Assembly: GCA_046583355.1 (NCBI GenBank) | Contig: JAYGCM010000033.1 | Location: forward strand, 1 to 18,089 | DNA length: 18,089 nucleotides | Direction: 5' to 3' | Source of the DNA: Deltaproteobacteria bacterium | GTDB taxonomy: Bacteria; Desulfobacterota; Binatia; UBA12015 | Part shown: positions 1 to 6,669 of the stretch, piece by piece | How the letters are laid out: each line of letters begins with the position of its first letter | Position numbering within the stretch: position 1 is the first letter of the stretch | Program-made: the position numbers and the translations under genes | Notes under the pieces: model-generated | Told to the model about the DNA's origin: nothing | What the model saw: the letters and a program-made list of their open reading frames with translations, nothing else | The model's database searches: none

Positions 1-514
1 CCTCGAACGAGGAGACGTTCGAAAAATACTCACCGGGATCAGCGAAGGAGATCGTGATCTCATGTTTCGTGTCGCCAACGTATTCGGTGACGAAGTGCGT
101 GGTAAGATATTTCTCGCGGTCGCTGAGATCGGGATCGTCACCGCGCATTTCTTTGGTGCCGTTGGCAAGATGCGCCCTGGGATGCCACAGCTTGTAGCGC
201 TGGGCCTCCATATAGTGCCACCCCATCCACCACTCGAACATCGCGCCGGTCACGCGAGGCATATCGGTGCGAGCGGCGACAAAGATCTTGCCATCGCGCA
301 GCCTGGTAAAGCCATTTTCCAACGCCAGATAACCGGGCTCGAGCAATTGATCGGCCTCGGCCATAGGAAAGCCGAGCTCGCCGGCTTCGCTCCCGTGCAA
401 AACCGCCTGCGCCACATGCGAAGGCAGCGGGCGCATCTCGGGTTGCCAGTATTTTGCGTAGGCCTTGCCCTCAAGGTCGCCCGGACGCATGCCGAGGTAA
501 TGGTCTTTTTTCAT
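1..514 (-). CDS. DAPG hydrolase (PhlG)/phloretin hydrolase family C-C hydrolase, runs off the window edge
   Basis: Not in the ORF track. Manual translation from ATG at 514 gives MKKDHYLGMRPGDLEGKAYAKYWQPEM...LEPGYLALENGF...TDMPRVTGAMFEWWMGWH...QRYKLWHPRAH...THFVTEYVG, open to position 2. The MPxVTxxMxxWWxxWH, RYxLWHPxAH and HxVxEYxG motifs are typical of this family. Confidence 0.85.
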   Translation of the reverse strand, partial: MKKDHYLGMRPGDLEGKAYAKYWQPEMRPLPSHVAQAVLHGSEAGELGFPMAEADQLLEPGYLALENGFTRLRDGKIFVAARTDMPRVTGAMFEWWMGWHYMEAQRYKLWHPRAHLANGTKEMRGDDPDLSDREKYLTTHFVTEYVGDTKHEITISFADPGEYFSNVSSFE

Positions 515-600
515 CTCGCGTTGTTGCCACCGCCGGCGCGAAACCGGGCGCGTCCTCAACCTTAGGACAGACCAACCACCCTACACAAGACGACTCTCCC

Positions 601-638
601 GCCGGAGCAGGCGAATCACCAGGAACCCTCCGGGCTTG
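601..638 (+). repeat. Intergenic repeat, copy 1 (core GAATCACCAGGAACCCTCC at 613-631)
   Basis: 613-636 is identical to 2445-2468 (24 bp), and 613-631 is identical to 3294-3312. Framed by CCGGAG...CTCCGG inverted arms. Confidence 0.9.
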
Positions 639-737
639 GCACTCGCGTCCGACGAGGTCCTACTCGGCCGGGGTGCCGAATGCCGCGGCGGGCGCTGGTC
701 CGCCGGATCTGTTTCGATCCCTATCGGAGGTTTTGCG

Positions 738-1559
738 GTGTCGGATTTCAGAGATTCCTATGGTCCATGGGCATTGATTCTCGGTGCGAGCGAGGGGCTC
801 GGCGAAGCCTACGCCCGCGAGGCCGCACAACGCGGCCTCAACGTCGCCCTTGTCGCGCGCCGCAGCAACGAAGTGCGCGCCAAGGCGGAGGAGATCGCCA
901 CCGAGTTCGGCGTCGAGACGCGCGCGATCACGGCGGACGTTGGTGCCGAGGACCTGCTCCAGGTGCTCGAAGCTACGATCGGCGATGTGACCGTCGGCCT
1001 TGTCGTCTATAACGCAACAGCGGGCTATATCGGCCGCTTCCTCGACCAGGACCCCGACTACGCGCAAACCATGGTCGACGTGAATTGCCGCGGCCCCCTG
1101 CGCATCGCATTCCATGCCGGGACCGCGATGAAGGCGCGCGGGCGCGGCGGTATCATCCTGATGAGTTCCGGGGCTGCACTTGCCGGCGGACCCGGCAACG
1201 CCGTCTACGCCGCGGCCAAGGCCTTCGATCTGGTTCTCGGGGAAGGGCTGGCGCGTGAATTCCGGGCCTTCGGTGTCGATGTGCTCTCGTTGATCGGCCC
1301 CGCCATCGATACGCCGAATTTCTGGCGCGAGAAGCCCAACGTGGAGGCGTTGCTCGGCCCGCCGGTGCCGGCGGCGCAGGTCGCACGAGAGGCCTTCGAT
1401 CAGCTCGGCAAGAGTTCTTCCTGGGTCGCGGGCGAAAAATACAGGCAAGGGCTGGCCGGACTCGGCAGATTGTCGCGGGAAGAACAGATCAGCGCAATGG
1501 AGGCATCGGTCGCCGCGCTCTACGGTGCGCGCTCCGGCCCGGAGGATGCCGAGTCGTGA
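738..1559 (+). CDS. Short-chain dehydrogenase/reductase (17beta-HSD/3-ketoacyl reductase-like), 273 aa
   Basis: GASEGLG nucleotide-binding motif, VARR, YNA and catalytic YAAAK. Start moved to GTG 738 because GGAGG lies at 726-730. Confidence 0.9.
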   Translation: MSDFRDSYGPWALILGASEGLGEAYAREAAQRGLNVALVARRSNEVRAKAEEIATEFGVETRAITADVGAEDLLQVLEATIGDVTVGLVVYNATAGYIGRFLDQDPDYAQTMVDVNCRGPLRIAFHAGTAMKARGRGGIILMSSGAALAGGPGNAVYAAAKAFDLVLGEGLAREFRAFGVDVLSLIGPAIDTPNFWREKPNVEALLGPPVPAAQVAREAFDQLGKSSSWVAGEKYRQGLAGLGRLSREEQISAMEASVAALYGARSGPEDAES

Positions 1560-1609
1560 GGTTGCATCGGGAAGTCCGGCCGAAGATCCAAGCAATGGAG
1601 GAGGGCGAA

Positions 1610-1636
1610 ATGATTCGTTCCGAAATAGACTATTGA
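1610..1636 (+). other. Putative 8-codon upstream ORF (MIRSEIDY*) coupled to the second SDR
   Basis: GGAGGAGG at 1597-1604, ATG at 1610, and stop TGA 1634-1636 overlapping the SDR ATG 1636 (TGATG). Confidence 0.4.
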
Positions 1637-2424
1637 TGACACGGCTCTCGGGAAAAAGAGCCCTGATCACCGGCGCTGGCGACGGCATCGGCAGGGGCAT
1701 CGCTCGCCGTTTCGCGGCCGAGGGAGCCCGCGTTCTGGTGGCCGAACGAAACCCGGAGGCCGGCGAAGCTGCGGCCGCCGAGCTTCGCTCCGAGTTCGGC
1801 GCCGAGGCGGAGTTCCTGCACACCGATGTGACACAGAAGCCGGATGTCGAAGCCGCCGTAGCGCGTGTCGTCGAACTCTGGGGCAGCGTGGATATCGTGG
1901 TGAACAACGCCTGGGGTGGCGGCACGACGACACGCCTCGAAGACAAGACCGACGCGCAGATGGAGCACGGGTTCCGTATGGCCCTGATGGCCGCCTTCTG
2001 GTCGATGCAGGCGGCATTTCCCTGGATGCGCAAACAGCATTACGGCCGCTTCGTGAACCTCTGCTCGCTGAACGGCGTGAACGCACATATGTACACCGCC
2101 GAATACAATTCGGCGAAAGAGGCGCTGCGCTCACTTACGCGCACGGCAGCGCGCGAATGGGCAGAGCACGGCATCACGGCGAATATCATCTGTCCGGCTG
2201 CCGCGACGGCGGCTTACAAAGCGTTCGCCGAATGGAGTCCAGAGAGCGCCGCCGAGATGCTGCGCCAGAACCCGATGGGCCGGATGGGTGACCCGGAAGC
2301 GGATATCGGGCCGGTGGCGGCCTTCCTTGCCAGCGATGAGGCGCGCTACCTGACGGGCAATACGCTCTTCGTCGACGGGGGCGGCCATATCAACGGCGTC
2401 TCCTGGGCCCCGAAGCTTCCTTGA
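1636..2424 (+). CDS. Short-chain dehydrogenase/reductase (FabG-like), 262 aa
   Basis: TGAGDGIG, VNNA, YNSAK and YLTGNTLFVDGG motifs. Start taken at ATG 1636 (MTRLSGKRALIT). Confidence 0.92.
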   Translation: MTRLSGKRALITGAGDGIGRGIARRFAAEGARVLVAERNPEAGEAAAAELRSEFGAEAEFLHTDVTQKPDVEAAVARVVELWGSVDIVVNNAWGGGTTTRLEDKTDAQMEHGFRMALMAAFWSMQAAFPWMRKQHYGRFVNLCSLNGVNAHMYTAEYNSAKEALRSLTRTAAREWAEHGITANIICPAAATAAYKAFAEWSPESAAEMLRQNPMGRMGDPEADIGPVAAFLASDEARYLTGNTLFVDGGGHINGVSWAPKLP

Positions 2425-2472
2425 AAAACAAAAGGGAGGCCGGAGAATCACCAGGAACCCTCCGGGCTCTCC
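2424..2472 (-). terminator. Probable intrinsic terminator for the SGNH gene, built on repeat copy 2
   Basis: The minus strand reads GGAGAGCCCGGAGGGT-TCCTGGTG-ATTCTCCGGCCTCCC-TTTTGTTTTT, a GC-rich stem plus U tract, about 25 nt after the stop at 2498, between convergent genes. Confidence 0.6.
2434..2472 (+). repeat. Intergenic repeat, copy 2 (core at 2445-2463)
   Basis: GGGAGGCCGGAGAATCACCAGGAACCCTCCGGGCTCTCC. Shares 24 bp with copy 1 and 22 bp (GGAGAATCACCAGGAACCCTCC) with copy 3. Confidence 0.9.
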
Positions 2473-2497
2473 GGACGATCACTATTCCAGGCCTATT

Positions 2498-3220
2498 TCA
2501 CGGCGCGTGCAGGTCGCGGAGGAGCCGGGGGCGGATGAGTTCGGCCCAGATCGCGTAGCCCTGGGCGCTCAAATGGAGTCCGTCGAAGCGGTAATTGTCC
2601 GGGTCGGGCTCACCGTCGGCGCCGAGCAAGGACGGTCCGGTCTCGATATAATGCAGCGTCGGATCGGTCGCGTGCCATTCTCGGACCAGCCTATTTGTCT
2701 CCTGCGCGTCAGCCCATATCGCCCAACGCAGCGGCGAAGGTGTGATGCCGATGAAGTAGATCGGCACGTCCGGGAGCCCTGCACGCACGCGCGCAACAAA
2801 GCGCTGCCAGGTCTCCAGAAGAACCTGTGGCGACTTGCTCGCACCGGGCGTCAGGTCGTTGGTCCCGGCAAAGACGACGACGGCGCGCGGAGCAAAAGGA
2901 TTCACCAGCCGATCTGCATAGTATTCGACGTCGGCCAGCTTCGCACCGCCGAATCCGTGCTGGGCAACGACGAGCGGCTGCATATCGGCTGCGAGGGTCG
3001 ACCATAAACGGATCGAGGAGCTGCCGACGAACACGACACCACCGCGCGAGGCGGGGCCCGCGCGCGTCTGTTCGACCAGCGCCGCGACGTCCTGCTCGTA
3101 GACCAAGGGATCTTCGCTGAGCGTCTTCTGCATCTCGCCATAGAACCGGTACGCCGGCAGCGCCGCGAGAACGACGACCACCCCCAACACGATTCCCAAA
3201 GGTCTGACTACACGCTTCAT
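2498..3220 (-). CDS. SGNH/GDSL-type lipase/esterase with N-terminal membrane anchor, 240 aa
   Basis: Block I VFVGSSSI, block II HGFGG, block III FAGTND and block V DGLH. N-terminus MKRVVRPLGIVLGVVVVLAAL. The longer ORF-track start crosses non-coding repeats. Confidence 0.9.
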   Translation of the reverse strand: MKRVVRPLGIVLGVVVVLAALPAYRFYGEMQKTLSEDPLVYEQDVAALVEQTRAGPASRGGVVFVGSSSIRLWSTLAADMQPLVVAQHGFGGAKLADVEYYADRLVNPFAPRAVVVFAGTNDLTPGASKSPQVLLETWQRFVARVRAGLPDVPIYFIGITPSPLRWAIWADAQETNRLVREWHATDPTLHYIETGPSLLGADGEPDPDNYRFDGLHLSAQGYAIWAELIRPRLLRDLHAP

Positions 3221-3275
3221 CCACGTGAATTGTAACGGAACGAGAAGCCCGACCGGAACGCACGCTATTGGTGCG

Positions 3276-3317
3276 GCCGGAAAGCAGGGAGGAGAATCAC
3301 CAGGAACCCTCCAGGGC
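3276..3317 (+). repeat. Intergenic repeat, copy 3 (core at 3294-3312)
   Basis: GCCGGAAAGCAGGGAGGAGAATCACCAGGAACCCTCCAGGGC. Also shares upstream GCCGGA..GCAGG with copy 1. Confidence 0.9.
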
Positions 3318-3334
3318 GGTTCACACGACCTTGG

Positions 3335-3370
3335 CTTATCAGTTGATCTGATCAAATGATAAGTTACACT
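3335..3370 (+). promoter_or_regulatory. 29-bp palindromic operator overlapping a sigma70-like promoter (copy A)
   Basis: CTTATCAGTTGATC-T-GATCAAATGATAAG at 3335-3363 with one mismatched pair. TTGATC(3343)-N16-TACACT(3365)-N7-ATG(3378). Confidence 0.7.
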
Positions 3371-3377
3371 AGAAGCC

Positions 3378-3437
3378 ATGCGAAGCCCCTCCAGGAAAGC
3401 GGATAACCCGCTTCACTCCGCGACACTGAACCGATGA
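3378..3437 (+). pseudogene. 19-codon ORF (MRSPSRKADNPLHSATLNR*), possible remnant of a TetR 5' end or leader peptide
   Basis: Its ATG is at the same offset from palindrome A as the TetR ATG 6055 is from palindrome B (MRSPS vs MGHPS). The stop overlaps the next ATG (ATGA 3434-3437). Confidence 0.4.
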
Positions 3438-3829
3438 AATACATAAAGCCGTATCTCATCTTCAACATCATGGTCTGGCTACCCTGGGGCCTCATCTGCA
3501 TTTTTGATACGACGTATATAGAAGATATTATCGGCGTCACCAGCGTCAATGCAACCGGCAACACCGATCTGCGCGCTATGTACGGCGGGGTTCAATTTGC
3601 CGTAGGGTCAATGGCCGTATCAGCCTTGTACAACCAGCGCCATTTTCGAAGCTTCGTATATGCGCTGGCCTTTCTGGGTTGCGGCCTGGCTCTGAGTCGA
3701 AGTTACGGCCTGCTGATTGACGACAGCGGCACACCCTATACCTGGGGCGTGCTGGGCTTTGAAATATTTGCCGGAGTCAGTGGGGTTCTTTGGCTCAAAT
3801 TCTTGTCCGGACAACCAGACGATACGTGA
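3434..3829 (+). CDS. DUF4345-like small membrane protein, 131 aa
   Basis: About four hydrophobic segments, with TDLRAMYGG and SRSYGLLID motifs recalled for DUF4345 proteins. Confidence 0.75.
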   Translation: MKYIKPYLIFNIMVWLPWGLICIFDTTYIEDIIGVTSVNATGNTDLRAMYGGVQFAVGSMAVSALYNQRHFRSFVYALAFLGCGLALSRSYGLLIDDSGTPYTWGVLGFEIFAGVSGVLWLKFLSGQPDDT

Positions 3830-3978
3830 CAGCTCGTCTTCAACCCGAGGGACTCTGCCGCAGCAGTGATAGGGGGGATACCAAGCGCAAGGCTTGAAAC
3901 CATGTTCAATCGTTCGCCCGATGCCCCTCATTCGCTGCGCTTCGTTTGCCCCTCGAAACTACATCCATAAGAAGCGAT

Positions 3979-5937
3979 ATGAAAATGGGATATGTAATCA
4001 CATCACTGGTTCTGCCCCTGATTTTCTTGCTGACAAGCTCGTCATACGCAACAGGACGATACGCGGTAGATGGTCCTTTTGAATTATCAGCACAAGCCCG
4101 AATAGACGAAGCCTTTGAAAGCGTAACCAGTGGCAATAACATACATGACGCCACAAAGGACTGGCAAGCTGCTATGCCAGAGGGCTTCCAGGCCAAACGC
4201 AATTCATCTTACCCTTGGGGAACTACGACCTACGGCAACGAAGAGCTGTGGGTGGGCACCATTGCCCAGGGCTGGTGCGTCTGGCCGGTGCAAAACCTGA
4301 ATCTGCCCTGGTTCCTGAGTACCTACGAAAGCCGCTTCACAGGATGTTCAGCTCAGAGCGTTCTTTCCATCCCTTCACTGATCTACACCTACAATTTCAA
4401 GAACGGCACGCAAGAGCTGATCCATGAAGGTTCCCTCAAAAGTGGCGGCAAACAATATACCCAGGCCATGCAGCCGCATGATGAAATGTCTGTCTTTTCC
4501 ATCATGGGACTGCGTGCCGCGGGCAGCTATGGCGACCTGATATTCTTTGCCGGTCATCACCTGCATAGCGATGGAGAAGGCTGGCTGCGCATCTTCGTTT
4601 TCAATGCCAAGGAACGCGCCTTCCTTGGCTATAGAGAATTACGTGGCGACACCACGCGACGTTTCAAATCGATCACGGACAAGGCTGGCAATACTGGTTT
4701 TTACACCATCATCGGTGCCGAAACTGGCATGACTCAGAATGGGGAAGGCCCCACGATCATGCTGCGCTGGGTTGGCACTCCCGAAGACCCCTTCCAAGGC
4801 GGCAATTATCTGCAAACCGGCGATGGCAAGGGCGCCGGCTGGGATATCGTCTCCGCCAAAGGGCTGGACAAGAACTTTGGTATGATCGGAGACTTCAAGC
4901 AGTTCACCCATTCCGACGGAAGCGAACGCCTGATCATGTCATCAGCGGCTCACCCGCTACTCTATGACCAGGAAACGGGGAAGCGCGATCCGTCAAAACA
5001 TGAGTCCGTAATGCTGCTATCCGAAGCCGTCCCAAACGGTGGATGGACCCGTGAGTCCCGCATGGAGTTCGATGTTGTTTTCAGCATGGATCGTTACGAC
5101 CCCGATACCAAAGGCCGTTGGGGCGCCAAATGGGGAACCACTGATATCCACAATGGCTATCTCTATTTTGGCACCTATCATCAGGGTACGAGCGCCGGTT
5201 ATTCCCACTTCCAACACGCCGATCAAGCACTTTTTGAAAAGCTGACCAAAACCGATGCCGGGAGGAAAGCGTTCCTGCTCAACCAGTGGCGCGCAACTTC
5301 TATCTTCCGCATGAAACTGGAAGATATCGACGCGATTGCAACAGGTACGAAAAACCCGGAATTGCTCTATGGCTATTCCAATTTTCAAGTAGCTGACGAC
5401 TTCGGCAAATGGACCACCCTGCCGAACAAACTTGGTGCCGAGCCCCTATTCGGCAAGGCCGGAATGGGCAACCCGGGAAATATCTATTCCTGGACCTCGT
5501 TGAGCAAGGATGGCCAGCTATTCTGGGGGTTCTTCGACGCATTTTCCGGCGTGCACGACCTCCTATTGGAAGCCGATGCCAGCCGCTTGCTGGTGTTCCC
5601 AGGCTTCTTTGTGCCCGTGCCCTTCTGGGAGCATTTTCGCGACTCCAGCCCTACGCGAATCCTCTACGAGTGGGCGAAATCTGAAATGGCCAACCATGAT
5701 CTGGCCGATGAGTTCATTCCCGGAGGCGACCTGGTGGTATTTGAAGGGGAAGGCAAAGCGCGTGTACTGACCAAAAAAGGTTTCGGTAACCCCTGTGCAA
5801 ACGGAGTGCGAAACGTCGAGGTGCTGGATGGGCGAATCTTTTTTGCCACTTCCAGTTGGTGCAACCTGTCGGATCGCGCGGGGCTCGAGTTCTACGAATA
5901 CAAGCCCGAGTTGGATAGACCGAACGCCCATCAATAG
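3979..5937 (+). CDS. Secreted hypothetical protein, probable beta-propeller, 652 aa
   Basis: Long ORF with signal peptide MKMGYVITSLVLPLIFLLTSSSYA and recurring blade-like motifs (NSSYPW..LWVGT, YLYFGT, GMGNPGNIYSW..LFWG, GFGNPCANGVR..IFFAT). Function not recognised. Confidence 0.8.
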   Translation: MKMGYVITSLVLPLIFLLTSSSYATGRYAVDGPFELSAQARIDEAFESVTSGNNIHDATKDWQAAMPEGFQAKRNSSYPWGTTTYGNEELWVGTIAQGWCVWPVQNLNLPWFLSTYESRFTGCSAQSVLSIPSLIYTYNFKNGTQELIHEGSLKSGGKQYTQAMQPHDEMSVFSIMGLRAAGSYGDLIFFAGHHLHSDGEGWLRIFVFNAKERAFLGYRELRGDTTRRFKSITDKAGNTGFYTIIGAETGMTQNGEGPTIMLRWVGTPEDPFQGGNYLQTGDGKGAGWDIVSAKGLDKNFGMIGDFKQFTHSDGSERLIMSSAAHPLLYDQETGKRDPSKHESVMLLSEAVPNGGWTRESRMEFDVVFSMDRYDPDTKGRWGAKWGTTDIHNGYLYFGTYHQGTSAGYSHFQHADQALFEKLTKTDAGRKAFLLNQWRATSIFRMKLEDIDAIATGTKNPELLYGYSNFQVADDFGKWTTLPNKLGAEPLFGKAGMGNPGNIYSWTSLSKDGQLFWGFFDAFSGVHDLLLEADASRLLVFPGFFVPVPFWEHFRDSSPTRILYEWAKSEMANHDLADEFIPGGDLVVFEGEGKARVLTKKGFGNPCANGVRNVEVLDGRIFFATSSWCNLSDRAGLEFYEYKPELDRPNAHQ

Positions 5938-5953
5938 ATGGGAAAAAGTATAA

Positions 5954-5986
5954 CCGGTCGGGCCGCCAGGAAGGCCATCGGGCTTG
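5954..5986 (+). repeat. Degenerate fourth copy of the intergenic repeat
   Basis: CGCCAGGAAGGCCATCGGGCTTG vs copy 1 CACCAGGAACCCTCCGGGCTTG. CCAGGAA again lies in a hairpin loop (GGCC-GCCAGGAA-GGCC) and again precedes the operator block. Confidence 0.4.
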
Positions 5987-6011
5987 CATCTATCATGGCA
6001 TACGACCATCG

Positions 6012-6040
6012 CTTATCGTTTGATTTAATCAAATGATAAG
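6012..6040 (+). promoter_or_regulatory. 29-bp palindromic operator (copy B), probably the autoregulatory site of the adjacent TetR
   Basis: CTTATCGTTTGATT-T-AATCAAATGATAAG, ending 14 nt before the TetR ATG. Confidence 0.75.
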
Positions 6041-6054
6041 TTATGGCATGAGGC

Positions 6055-6669
6055 ATGGGACATCCCTCTGCCAAGGAGCTGCTGCTGGACTGCGCTGAAC
6101 GGCTCTTTGCCGAGCATGGCCTGGAGGGAGCCAGCCTGCGCTCGATCAATGCCGCGGCGGGGCTCTCGGCAGCGGCGCTGCATTATCACTTCGGATCCAA
6201 GGAGGCTCTGGTCCAGGCGTTGCTCGAGCGGCATATGCCGGCGCTCATGGAGCGGCGGCGCCGGCTACTCGATGCACTGGCCGACCAGTCCGAAGCGCCG
6301 ACCACGCGGGAAGTCCTGAGCGCGCTGATCCGACCCCAGGTGGAGCTTCTGGCCAAAGGGGGCGAGCCCGGACTGCGCTACCTGCGCCTCATCCACCGCC
6401 TGCAGGCCGATGGTGATCTCGATCCACGTTTCGTGATCGAGAGGTGGCCCGGAGGCGTGAACCGTCTGCTCCCCCTGCTCCAGAAGGCGAACCCCTCGCT
6501 CCCCCGGCCGGTGATTCAACTCCGCCTCGGCCTCTCGATCGACGTCATGCTGCGCAGCCTCGCGCACCGACCAACGGCGAAGCGCGGCGGCCTCGACGCC
6601 TATGTATCAGCGCTACTTGACTTCCTCTCGGGTGCCTTTGGCGCGCCCATAACCGGAGAATCCAAATGA
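6055..6669 (+). CDS. TetR/AcrR family transcriptional regulator, 204 aa
   Basis: N-terminal HTH LLDCAERLFAEHGLEGASLRSINAAAGLSAAALHYHFGSKEAL. Confidence 0.95.
   Translation: MGHPSAKELLLDCAERLFAEHGLEGASLRSINAAAGLSAAALHYHFGSKEALVQALLERHMPALMERRRRLLDALADQSEAPTTREVLSALIRPQVELLAKGGEPGLRYLRLIHRLQADGDLDPRFVIERWPGGVNRLLPLLQKANPSLPRPVIQLRLGLSIDVMLRSLAHRPTAKRGGLDAYVSALLDFLSGAFGAPITGESK

Noticed and set aside
62..565. 167-aa plus-strand ORF
   Set aside because: Antisense shadow of the PhlG-family gene, which has clear motifs on the minus strand.
619..625. CAGGA in a hairpin loop as a CsrA/RsmA site
   Set aside because: The copies are not positioned at ribosome-binding sites, one lies between convergent genes, and the stem is better on the opposite strand.
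613..3312. The 19-bp repeat as a CRISPR array or tRNA-derived att site (it contains CACCA)
   Set aside because: Spacing is 0.85-1.8 kb with whole genes in between, there are no cas genes, there is no T-arm (GTTCRA) upstream, and the identity continues past the CCA.
3335..3363. The palindrome as an FNR box, Fur box or dif/pdif site
   Set aside because: TTGAT-N3-ATCAA has a 3-nt spacer where FNR needs 4. It resembles only half a Fur box. There is no XerD arm (TTATGTTAAAT) or 11-6-11 layout.
3830..3978. Possible attC site between the two low-GC genes, and TTGAA-N6-TTCAA at 3894-3909
   Set aside because: No complementary RYYYAAC/GTTRRRY pair is present. The short palindrome is single-copy and too weak to call.
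5931..6149. Similar peptides TYHLIRSTDK and TYHLIKSNDK in two minus-strand ORFs
   Set aside because: These are translations of the duplicated operator block, not a protein family.
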